NCBI GenBank assembly: GCA_963717515.1
Contig: OY970338.1
Span: 1,172,861-1,236,860, forward strand
Length of the DNA: 64,000 bases
Direction: 5' to 3'
From: an uncultured Candidatus Woesearchaeota archaeon
Lineage (GTDB): Archaea; Nanobdellota; Nanobdellia; Woesearchaeales; DSVV01
Position 1 is the stretch's first letter. Every line of letters begins with the position of its first letter. The notes below the pieces were generated by a model. It had not been told where the DNA came from. It ran no database searches and worked only from the letters and a program-made list of their open reading frames with translations. Below, one piece after another: positions 18,179 through 26,120 of this stretch. The position numbers were made by a program, and so were the translations under genes.

Positions 18179-20623
18179 ACAAATGCTGTTGCAGAGGATG
18201 TTGTTTATTTCAGGACGGGGACTTATACAACTTCACTCAATCCTGCACATTCAGGAGTTTCAGGAAATCCAATTACATTTGCAGCTTACAATGGAGAAAA
18301 TGCATACCTTGAAAACGGTAATTATGCCATAGACCTGAGGAATGGCCAGGATTATCTTATTATTGACGGGTTCAAATCAGATAATGCAAAACAATATGAA
18401 TTGTTTGCGCAAAACTCAACACACGTGGAACTTAAAAACTGCCATTTTAGTGTTAATATGCCAGGTGCAACAGCTTGGTTTTCTGTGGATATTGATGCAG
18501 GATGCAGTTACTGGAGTATTCATAATAATAAATTTGATGTTATACAAAGGCCAACTGGTCTTTTGAATGAAAGTGGAGGGTCACTCTTGGGAATTGGAGG
18601 CTCGGCAAATCCAGCACATCATAATTATATTTACAATAATATATTTATTGATGGCATGAACCATGACTTTTTTGCACTTTCTTACTCTGATTATAATGTA
18701 GTTGAAAATAATACTTTCTATAATACTGGAACATGGGTTTGCACTTCTGATCCTGGAACATGTGCTGTTGGCCCAGGAGAGACCATGCAGATAGAAAAAG
18801 GCGCGGACCATAATGTTATTGAAAATAATGTTTATCATGAGACATCAAGAAATTTTGGTGATAGTCATATGGTGGGGATTCATCAACTTAATTCAAAATA
18901 TAATATTTATAGAGGAAATATCGGATATGATTATGATGGGTGGGGAATTGATATTTATACAGGGCCTAATTATGGATATGCTGATACGGACTACAACCGC
19001 ATATATAGCAACACTTATTACAATATGATGTCGTCCACTTATTATTCAAATGATGGGCATGGGGTTATACGACTTTATGACTATCAATCTAATCAATATT
19101 TAAAACATACAAAGGTTGTTAATAATGTAGTCTCAACATCGGGCAAGAGAGCTTTTGAGGCAAATGAGATTTATTCTGGAATGCTTCTTCCGTATAGCAA
19201 TGAGTTCTTTGGAAACTGGCTTTATTATATAGCACAATCAACTGAAGTTAGAAGATATACGCCAAATGATTCAACACAATATTATACAATCTCACAAGCC
19301 CAGACAAATTTTCCATCGGAATTCCACGACAACAGCCCTAATGACCTCATAGACCCAAAACTAACAAACCCTGCAAGCGGCGACATGAGGCTGCAGTCAA
19401 GTTCTCCATGTATCGACGCTGGGCAGTGGCTAACAACAATAACCTCAGCAACAGGTTCAGGTACAAGCTTTGTTGTTGCAGACCCGTATTTCTTCTTTGA
19501 TGGTTATGGAATATCTGGGGTTTCAGGAGACACAATAAAAACTCAAAATGGACAGAAAACAACAATCCAGTCAATCAACTACAACACAAAAACAATTACA
19601 GTTTCTCCTGCAATAAACATTGTCAACGGAGAAGGATTGTCACTGGACTATTCAGGAAGCAAGCCAGATATCGGGGCAATCGAGTATACTGCAACAGGAA
19701 CCTGTAATGAAAACTGGCAGTGCACTTCCTGGAGCGCGTGGTCTTTATGTGTTAATAATCTGCAGACAAGAACAAGGACATGCACTGACCTGAAAAGCTG
19801 CGGGACAACAACTAACAAGCCTTCTGAATCAGAAACTCAATCATGCTCACCTTCTGCAAAATCCTACACAATCCTGAAAACTCAAAATCCAATAACTGTC
19901 GACGGCAATCTAAATGAATTCGCAAATACAAACCCGATAACAATAACAAACTCAAACGGGAACTCATTGATATACAAAATGCTCTGGGACAGCAATAATC
20001 TATACATTGCTGCGCAAGGAAGCGACAGCCAGCTTGCGGCAGTTTTAAACACAAGAGACGGAAGTGTGTGGAATGATGATGCAATTGAATTGTTCTTCGA
20101 CACATTAAATAACGGAGGAACAACGCTCCAGAGTGATGATTATAAGTTCTTTGTTAATCTTCTTAATGTTCAGAGAGATAACAGTGTTGGCGATGGAGGA
20201 GTTTCATGGAACACTGTATTCACTTCAGCTGTAACAACAACAGGAACATTGAATGTTGCGGGAGACACAGACACTGGCTATACGATTGAAGCTGCAATTC
20301 CATGGGCAGGCTGGGTTACACCTTCGGATAATAGTGTATGGGGTTTTGATGTATCAATGGATGACAGGAATGACGCAGGAAGCACAATTCAGAAAACAAG
20401 GTCGCAGACAAACGTTGGCAATATCCCTGATGAGTTTGGAGATGTTGTGTTTTCTTCGCAGTATGTCGTTTCAGGTTCAGAATGCAACTCTGATGCTGAT
20501 TCAGACGGAGATTCAAATATTTCAATAGGAGAACTGATCAATTACATCTCAAGATGGAAATCCAGAAATGTCTCAATCCTCAAGCTGGTCGAGGCAATTG
20601 ACAACTGGAAAAACGGCTGTTGA
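18032..20623 (+). CDS. Array member H. Secreted beta-helix protein with a TSP1-like module, a CBM9-like domain and a diverged double-WKSG tail.
   Basis: The signal peptide and N-terminus are identical to gene C. DMRLQSSSPCIDAG is present. The TSP1-like module CNENWQCTSWSAWSLC..RTRTC is at nt 19703-19846. A CBM9-like region follows. The tail at 20483-20620 ends NWKNGC. Confidence 0.9.
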   Translation: MKRGLMVMVCLVFFVSFVSATNYYVSPAGSASWASCTNINTPCSLSTANTNAVAEDVVYFRTGTYTTSLNPAHSGVSGNPITFAAYNGENAYLENGNYAIDLRNGQDYLIIDGFKSDNAKQYELFAQNSTHVELKNCHFSVNMPGATAWFSVDIDAGCSYWSIHNNKFDVIQRPTGLLNESGGSLLGIGGSANPAHHNYIYNNIFIDGMNHDFFALSYSDYNVVENNTFYNTGTWVCTSDPGTCAVGPGETMQIEKGADHNVIENNVYHETSRNFGDSHMVGIHQLNSKYNIYRGNIGYDYDGWGIDIYTGPNYGYADTDYNRIYSNTYYNMMSSTYYSNDGHGVIRLYDYQSNQYLKHTKVVNNVVSTSGKRAFEANEIYSGMLLPYSNEFFGNWLYYIAQSTEVRRYTPNDSTQYYTISQAQTNFPSEFHDNSPNDLIDPKLTNPASGDMRLQSSSPCIDAGQWLTTITSATGSGTSFVVADPYFFFDGYGISGVSGDTIKTQNGQKTTIQSINYNTKTITVSPAINIVNGEGLSLDYSGSKPDIGAIEYTATGTCNENWQCTSWSAWSLCVNNLQTRTRTCTDLKSCGTTTNKPSESETQSCSPSAKSYTILKTQNPITVDGNLNEFANTNPITITNSNGNSLIYKMLWDSNNLYIAAQGSDSQLAAVLNTRDGSVWNDDAIELFFDTLNNGGTTLQSDDYKFFVNLLNVQRDNSVGDGGVSWNTVFTSAVTTTGTLNVAGDTDTGYTIEAAIPWAGWVTPSDNSVWGFDVSMDDRNDAGSTIQKTRSQTNVGNIPDEFGDVVFSSQYVVSGSECNSDADSDGDSNISIGELINYISRWKSRNVSILKLVEAIDNWKNGC

Positions 20624-20670
20624 CAGCTGCAATAAAAAAATATTTAAATCACCATTGTATGAGACTCTCC

Positions 20671-21735
20671 ATGAAAAGTGACGGAATGAAAATAATCTCA
20701 TATCTCGCATTGATGATTGTTATCCTGCTTGTGCTCGGATGCGATGATGCAATGACAGACAGGCTCAGCAATGCCTCTGACTCGGTGAGCCAGGCTGCAA
20801 ACAGGGCACTCGGCAAGGAAAAGACAGGTTCACAATCTGCTCCGGCATGCCCTGTGAGCTGCGATGACAATGATTCCTGCACTGCAGATGCCTGCAGCCA
20901 GGAGACAGGATACGGGTGCATCCATGACCAGCTGACGCCATGCTGCGGGAATTTTGCTTGTGAGCCAGGTGAGACATACAGCACCTGTCCGGAGGATTGT
21001 CCGGAATGCATTGCAGGGAAATGCCAGAACGCGAGCTTCGATTTTGAGACCCAGGAGTGCGTCGTCACCAACATGACGCCATGCTGCGGAGACGGCGCTT
21101 GCGAGGAAGGCGAGACATACTCCGCATGCCCTGACGACTGCCCTGAGTGCTCGACAGACAGGGAATGCTTCAAATCTGTATATGATTATGATACAGCCAC
21201 ATGCAAGATAAAGCCCATCACACCATGCTGCGGAAACGACATCTGCGACTTCAAAGAGAGCTGCTCGTCATGCCCGGGAGATTGCGAATGCAGGGACAGG
21301 GTCGACCTTTCTGATTTCCCTGATTTCCTTGATGACGGAACGCTCATAGTCATCGGCGACAATGCGAAGTCACAGGATTCGCTCACAGGAGTCTACATAT
21401 CCACCACCCTGCTCACTGACGGAATCGATACAGAGCCTGATGTATACAGCATGTTCAGCAAAGACAAGCTCGCTTCCCGCGACCTCATCGTACTCGGGAA
21501 CCCCTGCGACAATGCGCTCTGGGAAGAGTACCAGGGTGTCGAATGCGACGAGAATTATTTCAGCCAGGGCAGGGCAGTGATAAAACTCATCGAGAAAAAT
21601 GGCCGGGAGATACTTTTCATCGCAGGAAGGACAGAGGATGACACCAAGAAATCCGCTGCATACCTCCTGGAAGAGCATCTTTCAGGCATGGAATCAGAAC
21701 TCGATACATCAGGAAACAGTGCAAAGGAAATCTGA
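20671..21735 (+). CDS. Cys-rich surface lipoprotein candidate: 3 ~50-aa Cys-rich repeats plus a C-terminal alpha/beta domain
   Basis: The ORF-track start at 20620 is a TTG overlapping the stop of gene H. The ATG at 20671 (alternatives 20659 and 20686) lies ~27 nt downstream of the TATA-like aaaaatatttaaat. A lipobox-like LLVLGC is present. The repeats end in TPCCG[ND]xxC[ED]xxE[ST]xSxCPxDC(P)EC. The C-terminal part (LIVIGDNAKSQDS...DLIVLGNPCDN...ILFIAGRTEDDTKKSAAYL) resembles S-layer-associated domains, but this is a low-confidence call. Confidence 0.65.
   Translation: MKSDGMKIISYLALMIVILLVLGCDDAMTDRLSNASDSVSQAANRALGKEKTGSQSAPACPVSCDDNDSCTADACSQETGYGCIHDQLTPCCGNFACEPGETYSTCPEDCPECIAGKCQNASFDFETQECVVTNMTPCCGDGACEEGETYSACPDDCPECSTDRECFKSVYDYDTATCKIKPITPCCGNDICDFKESCSSCPGDCECRDRVDLSDFPDFLDDGTLIVIGDNAKSQDSLTGVYISTTLLTDGIDTEPDVYSMFSKDKLASRDLIVLGNPCDNALWEEYQGVECDENYFSQGRAVIKLIEKNGREILFIAGRTEDDTKKSAAYLLEEHLSGMESELDTSGNSAKEI
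20848..21291 (+). repeat. Three tandem in-frame Cys-rich coding repeats of ~47-54 aa each
   Basis: Each unit ends in ..TPCCGNFACEPGETYSTCPEDCPEC, ..TPCCGDGACEEGETYSACPDDCPEC or ..TPCCGNDICDFKESCSSCPGDCEC. Confidence 0.8.
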
Positions 21736-21873
21736 AATATCCGGAAATAGGCCATGAAAAGGAAATCATTCCGGAACTGCGCAATCCAATGCCGGAATAT
21801 CCCGCATCTGCCTTTATCATTTTCCGGGTTTTCCTTCTAAAAACTTATTAAAGATTTTCTTCCCCTTCATTGC

Positions 21874-23769
21874 ATGAAAACGATATACATCATTGCATTG
21901 ATTCTCCTTGCCCAGTGCGCAATCGCAGCGCACATAAACGAGGTCATGTACAATCCAGAAGGCAATGACAATAACAGGGAGTTCGTCGAGATATATCTCG
22001 AGGGCAACCAGTCGCTTGAAGGCTGGACTGTCGGAGATTCTGCTTCGAATGACACATTGTCGACATTGTTTTATACAGACTCAAGCTATGCGCTCATTGT
22101 CGAAGACGGCTATGATTATGAGAATTCCGATGCATCATACTATTCAGCAGGCGCGACCATCGGCAACAACCTCAACAATGATCTTGATGAGATATTCCTG
22201 TATGACCCTTCAGGAAATCTTGTCGATACTATGAGCTACGACGGGACAATCGCCAACAACAACGGCCTCTCGATTGAATATTTCAACGGCTCATGGCAGG
22301 AATCTCTTGTGTCCGGAGGGACGCCAGGACATCAGAACAGCATTGCATATCATGCCGGCGATGATACAGGCCCGATAGTTAACCAGACCGGAGGCGAGAC
22401 AAATGCCTCTGCAAGCGCTGATATCAATGATACATCTGTCGTCGACAATTCATCAGACGTCATCGAGTACAACGGGACAGAACCCCAGACAGACCAGACA
22501 ACCCCTGCAGACGACAGCTCCGAGGAAAACATGACATATTTCAACGAGACTCAGGATGAGGATGACGTCGAAGGGTCCTGCGACATTAACATCTCGATCC
22601 ATTCAGGAAAGCTTGTATATGAAGACGGCGAAAAGGTGTCTTATAAGATAGACATAAATGACAAGTCGCATCCCTATGTGATAGAGTATTGGGCTGAGGA
22701 CATCATCGGGAACATTGTGAAGAGCCCATACAATACGACGAACACGAACCAGAGGACATGGACGCCGGACTGCGATGACGGCGATGTATTCTTCATCAGA
22801 GCAAGGATCGCTGATGCAGGATGCAATGACACTGAACATGATGATGATTCTGCTGAGATTCCCGTGGTCGTGAAGTGCCCCTTGTCTGAAGAAGATGCAG
22901 TTCAGCAGACAGAAGGCATTGAGATTGATGAGATATATCTCGGCTCTGACAATTCAGCTGAGTTCGGCGAGACAATCAGGGTTAAGCTTCACATAACCAG
23001 GGGAAGCACTTCAAAGACCGCGATAGAGATGTATGCAGAGGGAGACGACGGCAAGATCAGCGAGACGACCAGCATGAACATGGATTCAAAAGACAGCGAA
23101 ATCTCCCTGACTGCGCCTCTGTTCATCAAGCCGGACTGTGGTGATGTGCTTGATGATGGCGACTACATCCTGGTCGTCTCGGGCCTTGGTGTCGAGGACA
23201 GCAAAAAGTTCAGGATAGACGGGCATAAATCAGGCTTCTGCAAGACAGTCACAAAGACTGTTTACAAGGACAGCTCATGCCCTGACCTTAAGCCTGTCGT
23301 CCTACTGAAACCGAAACCGAAGATAAAGAGCTTCTATACGCTTGCGAAGAAGTACTCAGAGAGGCTAAGGCTGTTCGCCAATGTAGAATGCCCAGGCACA
23401 TGTGTGCTTGACCTCTCGAACGAGACCCAGGTGCTCGAGAAACGGACTCTTGAAAACTTCACAGGGAAGATCGATTTCAACGTGACTGCGAGCAGGGGAT
23501 ACGTGCTTGAGATAAGCGATATTGCAGACAGGCTGAACATGAGCCCTGGACTTGAATTCCCTGAGAAAGTTCAGGAGTTCGTCCTGTCAGTCAACAATCT
23601 CAGTGATGCTGTGGAATACACTCATAATGGGATCACAGGTGATGTTGCATACGTGCCTGAAACAGTCTATGAGAGCTCCAATGAGCAGACAAAGAAGAGG
23701 ATAAAGTATTTTCTGCTGGGCGTTGTGGGGATACTCGTTGTGATAGTCCTCTTCAGGAAATTTTCCTGA
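21874..23769 (+). CDS. Lamin-tail-domain (LTD) surface protein with an acidic linker and a C-terminal TM anchor
   Basis: Signal peptide MKTIYIIALILLAQCAIAA followed by the LTD signature HINEVMYNPEGNDNNREFVEIYLEG...GWTVGD. A D/E/T-rich linker follows. The C-terminal hydrophobic helix YFLLGVVGILVVIVLF is followed by RKFS. Confidence 0.75.
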   Translation: MKTIYIIALILLAQCAIAAHINEVMYNPEGNDNNREFVEIYLEGNQSLEGWTVGDSASNDTLSTLFYTDSSYALIVEDGYDYENSDASYYSAGATIGNNLNNDLDEIFLYDPSGNLVDTMSYDGTIANNNGLSIEYFNGSWQESLVSGGTPGHQNSIAYHAGDDTGPIVNQTGGETNASASADINDTSVVDNSSDVIEYNGTEPQTDQTTPADDSSEENMTYFNETQDEDDVEGSCDINISIHSGKLVYEDGEKVSYKIDINDKSHPYVIEYWAEDIIGNIVKSPYNTTNTNQRTWTPDCDDGDVFFIRARIADAGCNDTEHDDDSAEIPVVVKCPLSEEDAVQQTEGIEIDEIYLGSDNSAEFGETIRVKLHITRGSTSKTAIEMYAEGDDGKISETTSMNMDSKDSEISLTAPLFIKPDCGDVLDDGDYILVVSGLGVEDSKKFRIDGHKSGFCKTVTKTVYKDSSCPDLKPVVLLKPKPKIKSFYTLAKKYSERLRLFANVECPGTCVLDLSNETQVLEKRTLENFTGKIDFNVTASRGYVLEISDIADRLNMSPGLEFPEKVQEFVLSVNNLSDAVEYTHNGITGDVAYVPETVYESSNEQTKKRIKYFLLGVVGILVVIVLFRKFS

Positions 23770-23771
23770 GG

Positions 23772-24275
23772 CTATATTGATTCGATATATGTTATGCTCT
23801 TGTCGATGACAGATATGTCCTTCGGGGCTATTTCAAAAATATTGTCTTTGATCATTGCAATGTCATCAATATCCTCGATGATGAAATCCGAGAACACCGC
23901 GACAAACGAGTGAACCCAGTCACCTATCTCATGGCCATGGAATACGACATCCTGTCTCCTGTAATGGCACTCTTTCGGCAGCACAGTCACGACAGACTTC
24001 CTGAAATATTTCGCGATCACCATCTCCTGGGAAGTGCCTGCGCCGAGGCTCTCCTCTGCATTCACTATTATCAGAGATGAATCCCTGATATGCCTGCAGT
24101 CAGCACCGAAGACTGCCATTGGGTCGCTCTCGTCAAGCTCGCGGTCATTTGGGTCGATGAACTCTGCATCGAATACTTTTTCAAGGGCTTTTCTGTACTT
24201 CTCTCTCCAGTTGACGAATGCCTTTGCTTCAGTATCGTCCTTCGGCATGCTTCCTGCAAGATAGATCCTCATCAT
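23772..24275 (-). CDS. Nucleoside 2-deoxyribosyltransferase-like family protein
   Basis: RIYLAGSM at the N-terminus, then ..ADCRHIRDSSLIIVNAEESLGAGTSQEMVIAKYFRKSV, which is the typical YLAG...D...sD..v.......G...E.g.A pattern of this Rossmann-like family. Confidence 0.5.
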   Translation of the reverse strand: MMRIYLAGSMPKDDTEAKAFVNWREKYRKALEKVFDAEFIDPNDRELDESDPMAVFGADCRHIRDSSLIIVNAEESLGAGTSQEMVIAKYFRKSVVTVLPKECHYRRQDVVFHGHEIGDWVHSFVAVFSDFIIEDIDDIAMIKDNIFEIAPKDISVIDKSITYIESI

Positions 24276-24348
24276 GCTTTTGTACTGGGAGAATTATTTA
24301 AAGGTTTTGACAACAAACTTTAAATAACCAGCCAGACACCCGTTGTCC

Positions 24349-25206
24349 ATGAACAAAAAAGACGGTGAGCTGTTCACGTTCATGGGCATGGAGCATTCTT
24401 TTGACGAGGCCAATGCAGTCGTACTGATGGTGCCCTATGAAGGGTCTTCATCTTACGGCAGGGGGGCATTCGAGGGCCCTGAACTCATCATAAAGGCGTC
24501 GCACAACCTGGAATATTTCGATCCTGAATTCGGCGAGATAACAGATAAAGTCAGGATACACACAGTGCAGCAGCTGGTTACAGAAGGACTCAGCCCTGAT
24601 GTTGTGTCAGATAAGGTCTATCATGACGCAAGGATAATCATTGAGAAAGGCAAGTTCCCGGTCACGCTTGGCGGGGAGCATTCGATATCATTCGGGGCTG
24701 TGAAGGCGTGCCTTGAAAGATATCCTGACCTTACTGTGCTCCAGATCGATGCGCATGCAGACCTCAGGGACGAGTATGACGGGATGAAGTTCAGCCATGC
24801 ATGCATCATGCGAAGGATAAGGGAGCTCGGAGCAAACACAATAAGCATTGGGACACGAAGGCTCAACAAGGAAGAGGATGATTACATAAAGAGCAATAAC
24901 ATCAGCATATTCCCGCCGCCATTCAAAAAAGAATATGTTAAGGACATCATTGACGCGTGCTCAGAGAATGTATATGTCACTATAGATGCGGACGGGTTTG
25001 ACCCGAGCGTGATCCCTGCGACAGGGACGCCTGTTCCCGGCGGGCTGTTATGGCATGAGACACTCGATCTTTTCAGGGAGCTCTTTGAGTTCAAGAACAT
25101 CGTGGGGCTTGATTTTGTCGAAGTCAAGAGGGGAAGCTCAACAAGGTCAGAGGATACAGCAGCAGAGCTTGTGTTCAAGCTGCTGGGGTACAAGTTCTCA
25201 AGATGA
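24349..25206 (+). CDS. speB: Agmatinase / ureohydrolase (arginase family)
   Basis: GGEHSIS, QIDAHADLRD, SHACIMRR and TIDADGFDP..PATGTPVPGGL are Mn-binding arginase-family motifs. The ATG at 24349 is preferred over the TTG at 24343, and the TATA-like ctttaaata lies ~27 nt upstream. Confidence 0.8.
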   Translation: MNKKDGELFTFMGMEHSFDEANAVVLMVPYEGSSSYGRGAFEGPELIIKASHNLEYFDPEFGEITDKVRIHTVQQLVTEGLSPDVVSDKVYHDARIIIEKGKFPVTLGGEHSISFGAVKACLERYPDLTVLQIDAHADLRDEYDGMKFSHACIMRRIRELGANTISIGTRRLNKEEDDYIKSNNISIFPPPFKKEYVKDIIDACSENVYVTIDADGFDPSVIPATGTPVPGGLLWHETLDLFRELFEFKNIVGLDFVEVKRGSSTRSEDTAAELVFKLLGYKFSR

Positions 25207-26087
25207 AGCCGGTGATATTCTGTGCGATTATCATTATAGCCACCATATTATTTTCAGGCTGCACAGCAAACCAGCCTGTACAGAAAAAGATCAGGGTTGT
25301 CGTGACAATCGCGCCATTGAAGGATTTTGCAGAGACAATCGGCGGGGACAAAGTTGAAGTCCATCAGCTTCTTCCTGCAGGCGCTGACCCTCATTCATGG
25401 GAGCCGAGACCCACTGACATACAGGCCATATCCAACGCAGACATATTCATATATATCGGAGCCGGGCTGGAGCCCTGGGTGGGCAACCTGCCTGACATGG
25501 GCAACAAGTCGGTGATTGAGGCAGGAAATATCGCTGACCTGATAAATTCCCCTGGTGAAGATAATCCCAGCCATCTCGAGACTGATCCGCACCTCTGGCT
25601 CGATGTGGGCAACGACATGAAGATTATGGATGTGATGACAGAGGAGTTCACGGCCAAATCCCCTGAGAACAAGGCTTTTTTTGCAAAAAATTCAGACGAC
25701 TACAAGAAAAAGCTCACTGCAATGGATGACAAGTACAGGCTTGGGCTCAAAGACTGCAAGTTCCAAACATTCATTGTCGGCGGGCATTCTGCTTTCGGGT
25801 ATATTGCCCACAAGTACGGGCTGACCCAGATCGCTGTCGAAGGGCTCTCGCCTGATGCTGAGCCAGGAGCGCAGAAAATCGCCCAAGTAATAGATACCAT
25901 CAACAAGACAGGCATCAGGTACATCCTGTTCGAAGGTATAACGACCCGCAAGGTTGCTGACGTGCTCGCAGCTGATACCGGAGCAAAGGTGCTTGTGATG
26001 CAGACAGGGGTAGCAGATAACAGCACGTTCCTGCAGGTCATGGATGATGACCTTACCATGCTCAGGACAGCGCTTGAGTGCCAATAG
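25203..26087 (+). CDS. Metal (Zn/Mn-type) ABC transporter substrate-binding lipoprotein (TroA/ZnuA-like)
   Basis: Lipobox-like ILFSGC, then VVVTIAPLKDFAETIGGDKVEVHQLLPAGADPHSWEP...ADIFIYIGAGLEPW. The start overlaps the speB stop (ATGA). Confidence 0.8.
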   Translation: MKPVIFCAIIIIATILFSGCTANQPVQKKIRVVVTIAPLKDFAETIGGDKVEVHQLLPAGADPHSWEPRPTDIQAISNADIFIYIGAGLEPWVGNLPDMGNKSVIEAGNIADLINSPGEDNPSHLETDPHLWLDVGNDMKIMDVMTEEFTAKSPENKAFFAKNSDDYKKKLTAMDDKYRLGLKDCKFQTFIVGGHSAFGYIAHKYGLTQIAVEGLSPDAEPGAQKIAQVIDTINKTGIRYILFEGITTRKVADVLAADTGAKVLVMQTGVADNSTFLQVMDDDLTMLRTALECQ

Positions 26088-26120
26088 CTTTATAATGTAT
26101 TATGGATTATCTGCTTCAAC

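Noticed and set aside
4400-18200. The regularly recurring ~40-nt conserved intergenic segments could have been mistaken for a CRISPR-like or other interspersed repeat array.
   Set aside because: The units are 2.4-2.7 kb apart and coincide with gene junctions (stop codon, TATA box, start codon). There are no short uniform spacers, no palindromic repeat and no cas genes. They are promoters homogenised by gene conversion.
1-20623. A diversity-generating retroelement as the source of variation among the array paralogs.
   Set aside because: The window contains no reverse transcriptase gene and no template-repeat/variable-repeat pair. Differences between paralogous segments are not confined to adenine positions and occur as block-wise mosaic patches, which fits recombination rather than mutagenic retrohoming.
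1860-20623. Classification of the A/T-rich block as a mobile genetic element or integrated virus.
   Set aside because: No integrase, transposase, terminal inverted repeats, att-like direct repeats at the borders, tRNA target or viral hallmark genes are visible. Only compositional deviation and a TA pair support a foreign origin, so it is reported as a compositional island and not as a mobile element.
20649-21173. A 174-aa minus-strand ORF overlapping the Cys-rich lipoprotein gene. Similar long antisense ORFs occur at 40028-40738, 46089-46733, 50543-51319, 28396-28947, 36054-36566 and 59367-60017.
   Set aside because: Each lies entirely antisense to a gene with strong family motifs. Each has low-complexity or biased composition (S/P/A-rich or F/S/L-rich) and has neither promoter nor SD signals. 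They are typical shadow ORFs of GC-balanced or repetitive coding sequence.
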